From positions 2,159-66,158 of the forward strand of contig DATGLT010000242.1 of NCBI GenBank assembly GCA_035294005.1: DNA of 64,000 nt. The letters run 5' to 3'. Shown one piece after another: positions 18,096 to 27,336 of the stretch; position 1 is the first letter of the stretch, and each line of letters starts with the position of its first letter. The translations under genes and the position numbers were made by a program. The DNA is from Verrucomicrobiia bacterium. GTDB lineage: Bacteria; Verrucomicrobiota; Verrucomicrobiia; Limisphaerales; UBA8199. The notes below the pieces were generated by a model. That model was not told the origin of the DNA. It searched no databases and saw nothing but the letters and a program-made list of their open reading frames with translations.

Positions 18096-19180
18096 CCGAG
18101 GATCTCGATGCGAGTTTTGTCCGTTCCTTCCGTTCCGGATGGAGAATCCAGCTTGAGGAGTTGCGTACAAGCGGACCGGCTTCGGTCACGGTCTTGTTCG
18201 GGGCTTCAGGCTCCGGTAAATCGACGGTGCTTCGTTGCGTGTCCGGGCTTGAACGTCCGGACGAGGGTTACATTCGATTCGGGAATGAAACCTGGTTTGA
18301 TGGAAAGCAAGGAAGCCACGTTTCTCCTCAACGCCGGCATGTCGGCCTGGTTCCCCAGGACTACGCGCTTTTCCCTCATCTTTCCGTGACCCAAAACATC
18401 GGCTACGCGCTGGCCGGTCTTTCCAGGTCTGAACGTGCAGGACGCGTTGCCGAAACCATGCGCTGGCTGGCGCTGGATGGCCTGGAAGACCGGCGCCCTG
18501 CGGAATTGTCCGGAGGCGAGCGTCAAAGAGTCGCCCTGGCGCGGGCCCTAATTAGCAAGCCGCGGCTGCTGCTCCTGGATGAGCCTCTGTCAGCGTTGGA
18601 TGCGCCCACACGACAGCGCCTGACCAGGGATCTTCGGAGATTGTTGAAACAACTGGGAATTCCGACATTGCTGGTGACGCATGAACGGAACGAGGCCCTC
18701 GCATTAGGTGACCAGCTGGTCGTGTTGGAACGAGGCCGCATCGTTCAGCGCGGGCCCGTGCACACTGTATTCAGCCGGCCTTCAAGCCTGGCGGTAGCCG
18801 GCATTGTTGCGATGGAAACGGTAGAGCCGGGACGCGTCCTGAAAACCGGCGACGGGTTGGCAACTGTTGAAATCGGGCAATCCAGGGTGGTGTCGCTCAA
18901 CTCCGACATCGAGCCGGGAAAAGATGTCTATGTGTGTATCCGGGCCGAAGACGTTATCCTCGTCAGAGGCGCGCCCGGGCAGAGCAGTCCACGAAACAGC
19001 CTGCCCGCAAAGGTCGTGGCGCTCCGGGCTGAAGGTCCGATGTTCAGAATTGACCTGGATGCCGGGTTTCCATTGTCAGCGGTGCTCACCAAACAAGCGT
19101 GTGAGGAGTTAAAAATCCAGCCGGGAGCAGATCTTACCGCGATGATCAAAGCGCCCCAGATCCATCTGATCGAAAGATAA
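18092..19180 (+). CDS. modC: molybdate ABC transporter ATP-binding protein
   Basis: Contains GASGSGKST, LSGGERQRVALARAL and LLLDEP, plus a C-terminal TOBE-like domain. It overlaps modB by 4 nt. Confidence 0.85.
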   Translation: MTEDLDASFVRSFRSGWRIQLEELRTSGPASVTVLFGASGSGKSTVLRCVSGLERPDEGYIRFGNETWFDGKQGSHVSPQRRHVGLVPQDYALFPHLSVTQNIGYALAGLSRSERAGRVAETMRWLALDGLEDRRPAELSGGERQRVALARALISKPRLLLLDEPLSALDAPTRQRLTRDLRRLLKQLGIPTLLVTHERNEALALGDQLVVLERGRIVQRGPVHTVFSRPSSLAVAGIVAMETVEPGRVLKTGDGLATVEIGQSRVVSLNSDIEPGKDVYVCIRAEDVILVRGAPGQSSPRNSLPAKVVALRAEGPMFRIDLDAGFPLSAVLTKQACEELKIQPGADLTAMIKAPQIHLIER

Positions 19181-19211
19181 GACGAAGAGTGCTCGAACTG
19201 CTAACCGGCGG

Positions 19212-20396
19212 CTACTCGCTGCCTGAAATCGCGGGTTCTTCCACCGGGGCGTTGGCCCGAAGACGCTCAATAATGGGAGGCAACTGCTCCAGGACGTAGT
19301 CCACTTCGGCGGGCGTATTGTACATGCCGAGACTCAACCGGATACTAGCTCGTGCCCGGCTGGCGTTGCACCCCATGGCGGTCAGCACGTGAGACGGATC
19401 CAGCGACCCGGTCGTGCAAGCCGAACCGCTCGAGGCGCAAATGCCACTTTGGTCCAGCAGCATCAGCACTCCTTCAGCCTCAACCCCTCGGAACCAAAGG
19501 TTACTCGTGTTTGGCAAACGTGGTTCGGTCGGGCCATTCCTTCCGCAACCAGGCACACGCTCGAGGATGCCGGCCTCGAGCCGGTCCCGAAGTTCGCGGA
19601 CCACCAGCTTCGCTTGATTAAGCCGTTCCAGGGCCAGTTCCGCCGCGCGGCCAAAAGCCACAATGTTGGCGACATTCTCAGTTCCGCCGCGCCGACCCCG
19701 TTCCTGTCCTCCACCGATAATGTAGGGCTGGTATTTCGTGTGGCGCCGAACATAGAGAGCGCCAATTCCTTTCGGCGCATAAATCTTGTGTCCGGATAAC
19801 GAGAGGAAATCCACGCCCAACTCCTTAACATCAACCTTGATTTTGCCGGCTGCCTGGACGGCGTCGGTGTGGCACAGAACGCCTTTGCTCCTGCACAGTT
19901 CCGCAACTTCCGAAACGGGAAACAACAGACCGGTTTCATTGTTGGCCAGCATTACGGAAACCAGCGCTGTTTCAGGCCCTATAACTTTTTCGAGTTCTCT
20001 CAGGTCCAGGGCCCCGGAGGAATCGACCGAAACGACGCGCACTTTGTAGCCCTGCTTCTGCAAAAAAGCGCAGAATTTGAGAGTTGCCGAATGCTCGACG
20101 GCAGTGGTGACGATTTGGCGGCGCTCCGGTCGTGTGACTAGCGCGCTGTGAATCGCCGCGTTAATGCTTTCGGTTCCGCAACTGGTGAAGATGATCTCGC
20201 GCGCTTCAGCCCCAACCAATTCAGCAACGTTCTGGCGCGCACGGTCCAGGGCCCGCCCAATCTCGTGGCCGAACGAGTAAGCGCTCGAAGGGTTACCCCA
20301 TTGCCGGGTGAGGTAGGGAAGCATCGCTTCGACCACTTCAGGAGCGACCCGCGTGGTAGCGTTGTTATCGAAATAATAAACCGGCTGCTCGGGCAT
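19212..20396 (-). CDS. nifS: cysteine desulfurase, NifS/IscS class (394 aa)
   Basis: Contains YFDNNATTRV, the PLP-lysine context SGHKIYAPKGIGALYV and the catalytic Cys loop SSGSACTTGS. Start taken at ATG 20396; the track ORF extends to 20414. Confidence 0.85.
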   Translation of the reverse strand: MPEQPVYYFDNNATTRVAPEVVEAMLPYLTRQWGNPSSAYSFGHEIGRALDRARQNVAELVGAEAREIIFTSCGTESINAAIHSALVTRPERRQIVTTAVEHSATLKFCAFLQKQGYKVRVVSVDSSGALDLRELEKVIGPETALVSVMLANNETGLLFPVSEVAELCRSKGVLCHTDAVQAAGKIKVDVKELGVDFLSLSGHKIYAPKGIGALYVRRHTKYQPYIIGGGQERGRRGGTENVANIVAFGRAAELALERLNQAKLVVRELRDRLEAGILERVPGCGRNGPTEPRLPNTSNLWFRGVEAEGVLMLLDQSGICASSGSACTTGSLDPSHVLTAMGCNASRARASIRLSLGMYNTPAEVDYVLEQLPPIIERLRANAPVEEPAISGSE

Positions 20397-20478
20397 AGCG
20401 TCGTCGTTTCGCAACTAATGTGGCCGTGAACGAATAAAGATCCAGTCGGATCCGTCAGGTAAAGAGACGAGCCGAAAA

Positions 20479-20513
20479 GCGTGAATTTCACGCCAAAGGC
20501 GTGAAAGCCACGC
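20479..20513. promoter_or_regulatory. two operator-like palindromes sharing a GCGTGAA half-site, 20 bp apart
   Basis: GCGTGAATTTCACGC (20479..20493) has perfect 7-bp arms. GCGTGAAAGCCACGC (20499..20513) has 5-bp arms. The pair is centred in the divergent nifS/adhesin intergenic region. Confidence 0.35.
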
Positions 20514-20593
20514 AACCCGTTAAGTAGAACTGGTCGATAAATACGGCGTTTCTACTACTGGAGAGCATTGGCATAAGCTTTGCTTTAGACTCG

Positions 20594-23500
20594 ATGACCG
20601 TCGCGCAGCTCTCGAGAACCCGTCACTTTTCTACACCCATGTCGCTCTCAACCCAAACTTCGGCTCGCCAGTTGTTTGAAAGAACCATTCGACGGTCGCG
20701 CTCCCGATCAAACCGCTTGACCGTCATGGCCGCGGTACTCGCGCTCGCGGCGTTGTCCGCAATCGGCTCCGAACCGTTGCCTGTTTCAGGGTCCGCTCCA
20801 GAGCGAGGAGTCAATAACGGCGCGGTGGACAGGGGAATTAGTCCTCTCGATATCAGCACAAGCGGGCCGCCCGTGATTGTGTCCCAGCCGGTGAGCCAGG
20901 CGGTTTACCACTTAAATGAAGCTATGTTTCAAGTTGTCGCCGGAGGTGCACCGCCCCTCGCGTACCAATGGCAGCATTCCGGGACAAACATCGCAGGTGC
21001 TACTTCCCCGATTTTAGACATCCCAACGGTGCAATCTTTCGATGCCGGGCCATACACGGTGATTGTCAGCAATGAGCTTGGATCGGTCGCCAGCCAACCG
21101 GCTTACCTCGTGGTTCAAGGCCTGGTTCCGGGGATTGTTTCAGCTTTTGCCGACACAAACGTCCTTTGCGGCGATTCGACCTCGTTCCAAGTAAAAGCTA
21201 CAAGCCCTTCAAAGACCTTAAAAATTGGCTATCAATGGTTCTTCCAAGGCGTGCCAATTGACGGAGCGACCAACTCGTCTCTGGTACTAACCAACATCAA
21301 CTCCGGGCAAGCCGGGCAATACATGGTCTCGGTCAGTAATTTTTTCGGGGCGACGAACGTTTCGGCGATGCTAACCGTGAGTGGCGTGCCACCCGGGTTT
21401 GTCAGCCCGGCGACGGCCGTGGCGACTCAAGGCGTCGCTTTCAACTTTACCATTCAAGCGACGCATTCGCCGACGAGTTTCGGTGCGGTGTACTTGCCGA
21501 ACGGACTCAGCATCGATACGGCAAGCGGCGTCATTTCCGGAGTTCCCTTGGAGAGCGGCTTGTTCGGCCCAATCCTCAGCGCCTCAAATTCGTGCGCTTT
21601 CGGCAGCTCCATTCTGAATCTCAGTGTGGTGTCCGCTGCGCCCGTGCTGAAACTGCCTCCGAGTGTCAGCGGCACCGAAGGCGTTGCCTTTAGCCTGCCT
21701 CTTGTTGGCACCGGGCCGAACCTGGTTTTCTCCGCAGTGAACTTGCCGCCTGGCTTGGCGGTGGACCCGACGGGGCAAACGATTAGTGGGACACCTCTGC
21801 TTGGGGGCGACTATTCCACCATGATTTCGGCCAGCAACGCGTGGGGCTCGGCAAGTGCGTTGGTCCAGTTCAGCATCAGTAACGCGCCCGTGGCGGGTCT
21901 CTCGATCGGCAACGTTAGCTATAATTACTCGTCTCCCTATTTGCTGGACTTCACGTTTTCTTTGCTGGACGACAACGACCCCACCGTTGGCACCGGGATT
22001 GTGGCCGATCCAGGCCTTCTCTCGGTCACGTGTTTTGAAGATGCGCAACCCATCAGCCCTTCGGAAACCGGGGCTTTCGTTTCGAGAACCAGCATCAAAG
22101 CAAAGGTCATCAAAGTGTACCTGGTGCTTGACTTCACCGAAAGCATCGCTTCGTTGAACAACGGAGACACCAATCATGATGGAGTTTCCGACGCGGTCGA
22201 CAACCTCGTGAGCGGCGCGATCGGGTTTGTGAATCAGCAATCAATCGATACTCAAATCGGCGTTGAAGAGTTTCATCGCGAGGATCAGGACCCCACAAAC
22301 GTAATCGGCCTCACCACGGACAAGCTCCGGGTCGATAGCGCGATTGCGGGAATCTGGACCAACTACGTTCGTAATTTTTCGGCTGGGTCACGTTGTTGGG
22401 ATGCAGCGATGGCCGCAATCCAGAAGTTGGGACCTGCAAATCGCGACGAACAGCATTACCTGCTCCTCGTCTCGGATGGTCGCGATGAATCCAGCACGAG
22501 CACCATCGGTAATGTCGTCAACGCTGCTATGGCCGCCAATGTCCAGGTCTTCACGGTCGGGTTTGGAGACGAGTTGGATCCAACGTTCCTCCAATTATTG
22601 GCGGGCAGCACCCAGGGACGTTACTTTCCTGCTCTGAATCCGGGAGATATCGCTCGGCAATTCGCATTTATCAGCAAGATGGCTCGGGGGCAGTACTCAT
22701 TGCGCTGGGCGACTTTGAAGCGATCCGCCACTGCGTTTATGCCGTCCTTTCAAGTTACCTATCAGGGGCTGACCGCGAATTCTCCCACAAACCCTTACAC
22801 CCTCGGCAGCACCAACATTGATACCACAACCGACCCGCCCACGACCAATATCACACCAGCGGTGACCAACTTTATCATTGGCTACTACCATGCAATATCC
22901 AATGCCGGCCCGGTGTTGGCCGGCTCCTTACGCATCGTTCCTAACGCGGAAATCCAACCGACCGGCCTCGATTTGCGGGCCAGCTACATCCCTCGCCTGG
23001 TGCGACAGTTGAGAGTCCACTACCGCGCGAATTGGCCCTGCTCGGTCAGCCTCCAGTCAACCGGTCCCGGAGAACTGCTCGACGGTTGGAGCCTCGCTAG
23101 CACGAACGACGGAGCCGGAGGTGCCTGGCTGCTGTTCAGCAGCCCCTCGCCCGCTGACCTGACAACCAGTTTGCCCTTTGCCGCTTTCGGCAAACTCCTG
23201 ACATTTAGTTTCGAAGATCCCATCGATCCGAGCACCGCGTTTAGCCTGCTCGACCTCGACAACACCATTTACACCAATACGGGAGGCCAGAGCTTCTCAT
23301 TTGAAAATGCGACGAATTTTGTTTCCTTTTATCCCGTGTTGCCGCACGGAACACCTGTTTTGTGGCTGATGTATTACGGATTTTCGGGGGACTTTACCAA
23401 CGCCGAAAACCTCGATTCGGACCTTGACGGCATGCCCAACTGGCAGGAGTTCCGCGCTAATACCAACCCCACCAACTCAGCTTCCGTCTTTAGTATAGCC

Positions 23501-23704
23501 AATGTGAGCCGTGGAAGTGACGGCCGCTACCAGGTCCAGTTCAGCACCTCAACCAATCGAACGTACCGGGTTGAAGCATCGTTGGACCTGACGACCTGGC
23601 GGTCCGTGCAGGACAACATTGCAGGAGTGAATCAGACTGTTACGGTGGTCGACCCGGCTTATGTGCCGGACCGGCAGATTTTTTACCGAGTGCGGGTGTA
23701 CTAG
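20594..23704 (+). CDS. large secreted surface protein with Ig-like repeats, a vWA domain and a C-terminal beta-sandwich (1036 aa)
   Basis: N-terminal RRSRSRSNRLTVMAAVLALAALSAIG. There are two I-set-like Ig repeats (YQWQHSGTNIAGAT...DAGPYTVIVSNELGSV; YQWFFQGVPIDGAT...QAGQYMVSVSNFFGA) and two putative-Ig repeats (LPNGLSIDTASGVISGVP; LPPGLAVDPTGQTISGTP). The vWA-like core is VYLVLDFTES...LLLVSDGRDES...VQVFTVGFGDE. A TSP3-like DSDLDGMPNWQEF motif is also present. Confidence 0.75.
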   Translation: MTVAQLSRTRHFSTPMSLSTQTSARQLFERTIRRSRSRSNRLTVMAAVLALAALSAIGSEPLPVSGSAPERGVNNGAVDRGISPLDISTSGPPVIVSQPVSQAVYHLNEAMFQVVAGGAPPLAYQWQHSGTNIAGATSPILDIPTVQSFDAGPYTVIVSNELGSVASQPAYLVVQGLVPGIVSAFADTNVLCGDSTSFQVKATSPSKTLKIGYQWFFQGVPIDGATNSSLVLTNINSGQAGQYMVSVSNFFGATNVSAMLTVSGVPPGFVSPATAVATQGVAFNFTIQATHSPTSFGAVYLPNGLSIDTASGVISGVPLESGLFGPILSASNSCAFGSSILNLSVVSAAPVLKLPPSVSGTEGVAFSLPLVGTGPNLVFSAVNLPPGLAVDPTGQTISGTPLLGGDYSTMISASNAWGSASALVQFSISNAPVAGLSIGNVSYNYSSPYLLDFTFSLLDDNDPTVGTGIVADPGLLSVTCFEDAQPISPSETGAFVSRTSIKAKVIKVYLVLDFTESIASLNNGDTNHDGVSDAVDNLVSGAIGFVNQQSIDTQIGVEEFHREDQDPTNVIGLTTDKLRVDSAIAGIWTNYVRNFSAGSRCWDAAMAAIQKLGPANRDEQHYLLLVSDGRDESSTSTIGNVVNAAMAANVQVFTVGFGDELDPTFLQLLAGSTQGRYFPALNPGDIARQFAFISKMARGQYSLRWATLKRSATAFMPSFQVTYQGLTANSPTNPYTLGSTNIDTTTDPPTTNITPAVTNFIIGYYHAISNAGPVLAGSLRIVPNAEIQPTGLDLRASYIPRLVRQLRVHYRANWPCSVSLQSTGPGELLDGWSLASTNDGAGGAWLLFSSPSPADLTTSLPFAAFGKLLTFSFEDPIDPSTAFSLLDLDNTIYTNTGGQSFSFENATNFVSFYPVLPHGTPVLWLMYYGFSGDFTNAENLDSDLDGMPNWQEFRANTNPTNSASVFSIANVSRGSDGRYQVQFSTSTNRTYRVEASLDLTTWRSVQDNIAGVNQTVTVVDPAYVPDRQIFYRVRVY

Positions 23705-23706
23705 GG

Positions 23707-23898
23707 TTAACCCAGCGACTGGGCAGCGCGCCAAAGTACCTGTTCACTCCAGGGATGATGCCAGGCGCGTTTGGTCAGGCGTTGCAACTCCAGCAGAGCC
23801 TGCCTCGGCTTGCCAAGGCCCAGCCACATCTCAGCCGTGTGGACCCTGCGCGCGTCTTTGATCTTCAATTTGCTCTTGGCAGTTCTCATGCTCGCCAA
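23707..23898 (-). CDS. hypothetical small protein (63 aa), weak call
   Basis: Only an ORF with a helical TPR-like sequence (AEMWLGLGKPRQALLELQRL). No clear RBS was checked and it is convergent with the adhesin gene. Confidence 0.25.
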   Translation of the reverse strand: MASMRTAKSKLKIKDARRVHTAEMWLGLGKPRQALLELQRLTKRAWHHPWSEQVLWRAAQSLG

Positions 23899-24059
23899 GC
23901 TTAACAGCCGCTGCGGATTTCATGAATAGGGAGCTTACCCTAGGCCAAATGGAACACACCCTCTGATGAGGCGGACTTCTTGATTTTCGCGGGTCCCTTC
24001 CGCCTCGTTACCTCGGCGGCCACGTTTTTCCGCCGAAATTCCCTGGGACCGCCGGCTGA

Positions 24060-24491
24060 TTATTCGGCTTGCCGGATCATCTCGGCTAGCAGCTCGTTTA
24101 AACGGTTGCGCCCGATCGAGTAATTGGCAGGAGGCGCATCGTTGGAACCTCGCGCCAGCTTTGCCGCGAGATCCCGATTTTCAATGTCGTTTTTTGTCAG
24201 ACCTGAATAACTGGTGGTGGCAGCCGTGAGCTGTTCCCACTTGCGCCGGCTGATATCGTTGCGAATTTTTGAGCATTCCTCACGGATCCTGGGCAGGGAT
24301 TGAGCATGTGCGTCCACCAGCATGTCGTCCCGCACCAGGTTAAACTGCTCGCGCAGGTTGGTTATGGCCGAGCGAAAATTGTGAAGCCTGAGATCGCGAC
24401 CGCTGGAAAAGTGGCTTTTTATGAGCCAGCCAAAGATAATACAGGCAGCGCTCCAAAGTGCCAATTCCGCCGGCTTGAAATGAAAATCCAT
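24060..24491 (-). CDS. hypothetical protein with one N-terminal TM helix (143 aa)
   Basis: LALWSAACIIFGWLI helix followed by a charged helical region. No family recognised. It lies in a slightly AT-richer stretch. Confidence 0.5.
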   Translation of the reverse strand: MDFHFKPAELALWSAACIIFGWLIKSHFSSGRDLRLHNFRSAITNLREQFNLVRDDMLVDAHAQSLPRIREECSKIRNDISRRKWEQLTAATTSYSGLTKNDIENRDLAAKLARGSNDAPPANYSIGRNRLNELLAEMIRQAE

Positions 24492-24787
24492 TCGCCGCTC
24501 AGACTTTCCTCAGGTTGATGCGCTTAGCCAACATGAATAATTTGCCTCACCACTATCTAAGACAGCGATTATGGTATCTTTGGAGTGCCTTGTTGCAAGC
24601 CGCAACATTTATGGCATTGCCGCGTCTGCCGCAACTCGGTTACTGACAGCCAATTATTCATGGCTTGCCTCTGAGGATCCCCATACGCTCTGAGAATGCG
24701 CCTTTCTAAAACCCCAATGCCACCCCGCGTTGGCGTCGTTGCTCAGGCCCACGGGTCAGGAAACTTGAAACGTCTAAGCACCAGCTT

Positions 24788-25417
24788 ATGAAAGCCGGGT
24801 TTTACCGTCTCACTCGAGACCTTCACCTTTACTTGGGACTTTTCATCAGCCCTTTCATCCTTGTTTTCACAATCAGCGTTTTCTTCCTGGTGCACACCTG
24901 GATGCCGGGCTTGGGTCGGGTAAAGTCCACCCGACACGTCGTCTCAATGTCGCCGCTGCCGCAAGGGCTCCAAAAACTCTCGGGCCGTCCGCTGATCGAG
25001 ACACTTAAACCGGCGCTGCAACGAGCCGGCGTTCACGGTGAGGTGGGGTTCGTTCGCCGGCTGGTTCAGGAAAACATCCTGGTCATACCCGTGACCGTGC
25101 CGGGGCGCGAAACGGTCGTAAACCTTCGTATGAGCGACGGCGAGGCAACTATCGAAACCCGGGAAATCGGCGTGGCAAATGCCCTGGTAACGCTCCATAA
25201 ATCGCCGGGCCAACATGGGCCGGACATTCGAATGAACTGGTTTTACATGAGGGTATGGCGATGGATGGCCGATGCGACCGTCTATTTGATTCTGTTTGTC
25301 ACCATCAGCGGCGTTTATCTCTGGTATGTGTTGCGAGGGGAACGCGCGGTGGGGTTGGTCCTGCTCGGTGCTGGTGCGTTGTCATTTTTTGGAATTGTTT
25401 ATGCCCTCATCCACTGA
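24788..25417 (+). CDS. PepSY-associated TM-helix protein (209 aa)
   Basis: N-terminal RLTRDLHLYLGLFISPFILVFTISVFFLV, then TLHKSPG before two C-terminal TM helices. Confidence 0.7.
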   Translation: MKAGFYRLTRDLHLYLGLFISPFILVFTISVFFLVHTWMPGLGRVKSTRHVVSMSPLPQGLQKLSGRPLIETLKPALQRAGVHGEVGFVRRLVQENILVIPVTVPGRETVVNLRMSDGEATIETREIGVANALVTLHKSPGQHGPDIRMNWFYMRVWRWMADATVYLILFVTISGVYLWYVLRGERAVGLVLLGAGALSFFGIVYALIH

Positions 25418-26069
25418 GCCCGGCAGTGCCCGAGCCTGGGCCTATTTTGAGCGCTGGAACCGGAAGTTGCATTTCTACGTCGGACTTTTCCTGCTGTTCT
25501 TCGTCTGGCTATTTGCCTTTAGCGGCCTGATTCTAAACCACCCCTCCTGGCGTTTTACCGAATTCTGGAGCACCCGAACCCAAACCGCCTACGAACGGAC
25601 TATTGCCGTGCCCGGTCCGGATGTGCAAGGCGACCTCGCCCAGGCGCGCGAGATTATGCGCCAACTTGGGATCGTGGGCGAGATCCTGTGGACCACCACC
25701 CGGACAGACCCAAGTCAATTTGAGTTTCAGGTCAGGCGTCCAGGCCATTACTTCTTTATTAAAGCGGATTTTGACCGGAAGCGGGGAGCCGTGCAGCAAA
25801 GCGACGTGAACGCGTGGGGAGTAATCCGGACGCTCCACACGTTCACAGGCGTTCAAATGGATGATCCTCGCAACCAACGGGACTGGTTCCTCACGAGTGT
25901 ATGGGCTTATTCCATGGACGCAATTGCGGCCGGGATGCTTTTCATGGTCCTGAGCAGTCTATTTATGTGGCTTAAGCTTCCTGATAGACGTGTCCCGGGA
26001 GCAGTTGCGCTCGGCCTCGGAACGCTGTTATGCGCGGTATTCTGCTTCGGCCTGCGCTGGTTTTTCTGA
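25401..26069 (+). CDS. PepSY-associated TM-helix protein, paralog of the preceding gene (222 aa)
   Basis: ATG 25401 gives ...RWNRKLHFYVGLFLLFFVWLFAFSGLILNH, then TLHTFTG before two C-terminal TM helices. It overlaps the previous gene by 17 nt. Confidence 0.7.
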   Translation: MPSSTEPGSARAWAYFERWNRKLHFYVGLFLLFFVWLFAFSGLILNHPSWRFTEFWSTRTQTAYERTIAVPGPDVQGDLAQAREIMRQLGIVGEILWTTTRTDPSQFEFQVRRPGHYFFIKADFDRKRGAVQQSDVNAWGVIRTLHTFTGVQMDDPRNQRDWFLTSVWAYSMDAIAAGMLFMVLSSLFMWLKLPDRRVPGAVALGLGTLLCAVFCFGLRWFF

Positions 26070-26113
26070 AGCCCCGTTTGGAGGACGGGCAAGTCACAGG
26101 GCCGCCCGGGAAA

Positions 26114-27199
26114 CTACCGCATTATCCAGCCGCCCCCGAGCACCAGGTCATCCTGGTAGAACACGGCAGCCTGGCCGGGAGTCACGGCCCGCTGCGGCGT
26201 GTGCAATTTAACGAGCACTCTGCCGGCCTCGATGGGAACCAGGGTCGCATCCGTGCCGGGATGATTGTAACGGATTTTGACGCTCGCGTTGAACGAGGCG
26301 GGCGGCTGGTCAAAAGGTATCCAATTGCATCGCTCCGCCACAAATTCTGCACGGTCCAAAGATGAATCTTCACCCACAACCACACGGTTTGCCGCCGGGT
26401 CGAGTTCCACAACATACAGGGGTTTGGGGGAGCTTATTCCAAGGCCCTTGCGCTGGCCTATGGTATAGAACTCGATGCCCTGGTGGTGGCCCAGAACCGT
26501 GCCGTGAAGATCGACAATCTCTCCCTGGTGGCTTTCAGCAAGCCTGGCCTGTTGCAGGAACTTGCCGTAGTCGTTATCTGGAACGAAGCAAATCTCCATG
26601 CTCTCTTCCTTTTCAGCCGTCTTAAGCTGACAGTGGCGCGCTACCTCGCGAGTATCGGCTTTGCTCTTTTCACCCAGAGGAAAAAGCGCCCGCGACAGTT
26701 GATCCTGGCGAAGTGAGAACAGGAAATAACTTTGGTCTTTGCGGGAATCTCGCCCGCGGCGCAGCAGCGTTCGTTTTCCATCAGCGGATCGTTCCAGGCG
26801 CGCAAAGTGCCCGGTCGCGATGAATTGCGCTCCGAGTTGGTCGGCCCGCGCCAACAACCTGCCGAACTTCAGGTTTTGATTGCACATCACGCAAGGGTTC
26901 GGAGTTCGGCCGGATTTGTACTCCTGGGCAAAATACGCAATGACGTGTTTCTGAAATTCAGCCGCCTCGTCGATTAGGTAGTACGGAATCCCGAGCTTAT
27001 GGCACACGGCCCTGGCATCACTCACGGCTTGCGGGCCGCAACACTTGTCTTCGGCGCGCGAAACGCAATCCTGCGGCCAAAGCTTGAGAGTGATGCCCAC
27101 GACGTCATAACCTTGCTCCAGCAACAATGCAGCCGTCGCCGAGGAATCAACTCCTCCGCTCATCCCGACCACAACCCGCGTTTTGGTATCAACGGCCAC
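26114..27199 (-). CDS. mnmA: tRNA 2-thiouridine(34) synthase MnmA (361 aa)
   Basis: Contains the PP-loop VVVGMSGGVDSS, the CVMCN motif and a typical length. The start was set at GTG 27199 because the 55-aa N-terminal extension of the track ORF has no MnmA counterpart. Confidence 0.85.
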   Translation of the reverse strand: MAVDTKTRVVVGMSGGVDSSATAALLLEQGYDVVGITLKLWPQDCVSRAEDKCCGPQAVSDARAVCHKLGIPYYLIDEAAEFQKHVIAYFAQEYKSGRTPNPCVMCNQNLKFGRLLARADQLGAQFIATGHFARLERSADGKRTLLRRGRDSRKDQSYFLFSLRQDQLSRALFPLGEKSKADTREVARHCQLKTAEKEESMEICFVPDNDYGKFLQQARLAESHQGEIVDLHGTVLGHHQGIEFYTIGQRKGLGISSPKPLYVVELDPAANRVVVGEDSSLDRAEFVAERCNWIPFDQPPASFNASVKIRYNHPGTDATLVPIEAGRVLVKLHTPQRAVTPGQAAVFYQDDLVLGGGWIMR

Positions 27200-27336
27200 A
27201 AAAACTGCAAGATACGATCGAAGCAAGGAGCTGTAAATGAGAAGGCCCGGGGGGTTTGAGGGCCAAACTGGGGTAAATCGCCCGATTTTGAGCGACTGCA
27301 GCTGCGAAAACGCCGCTCCATGATACACTGCAACTG

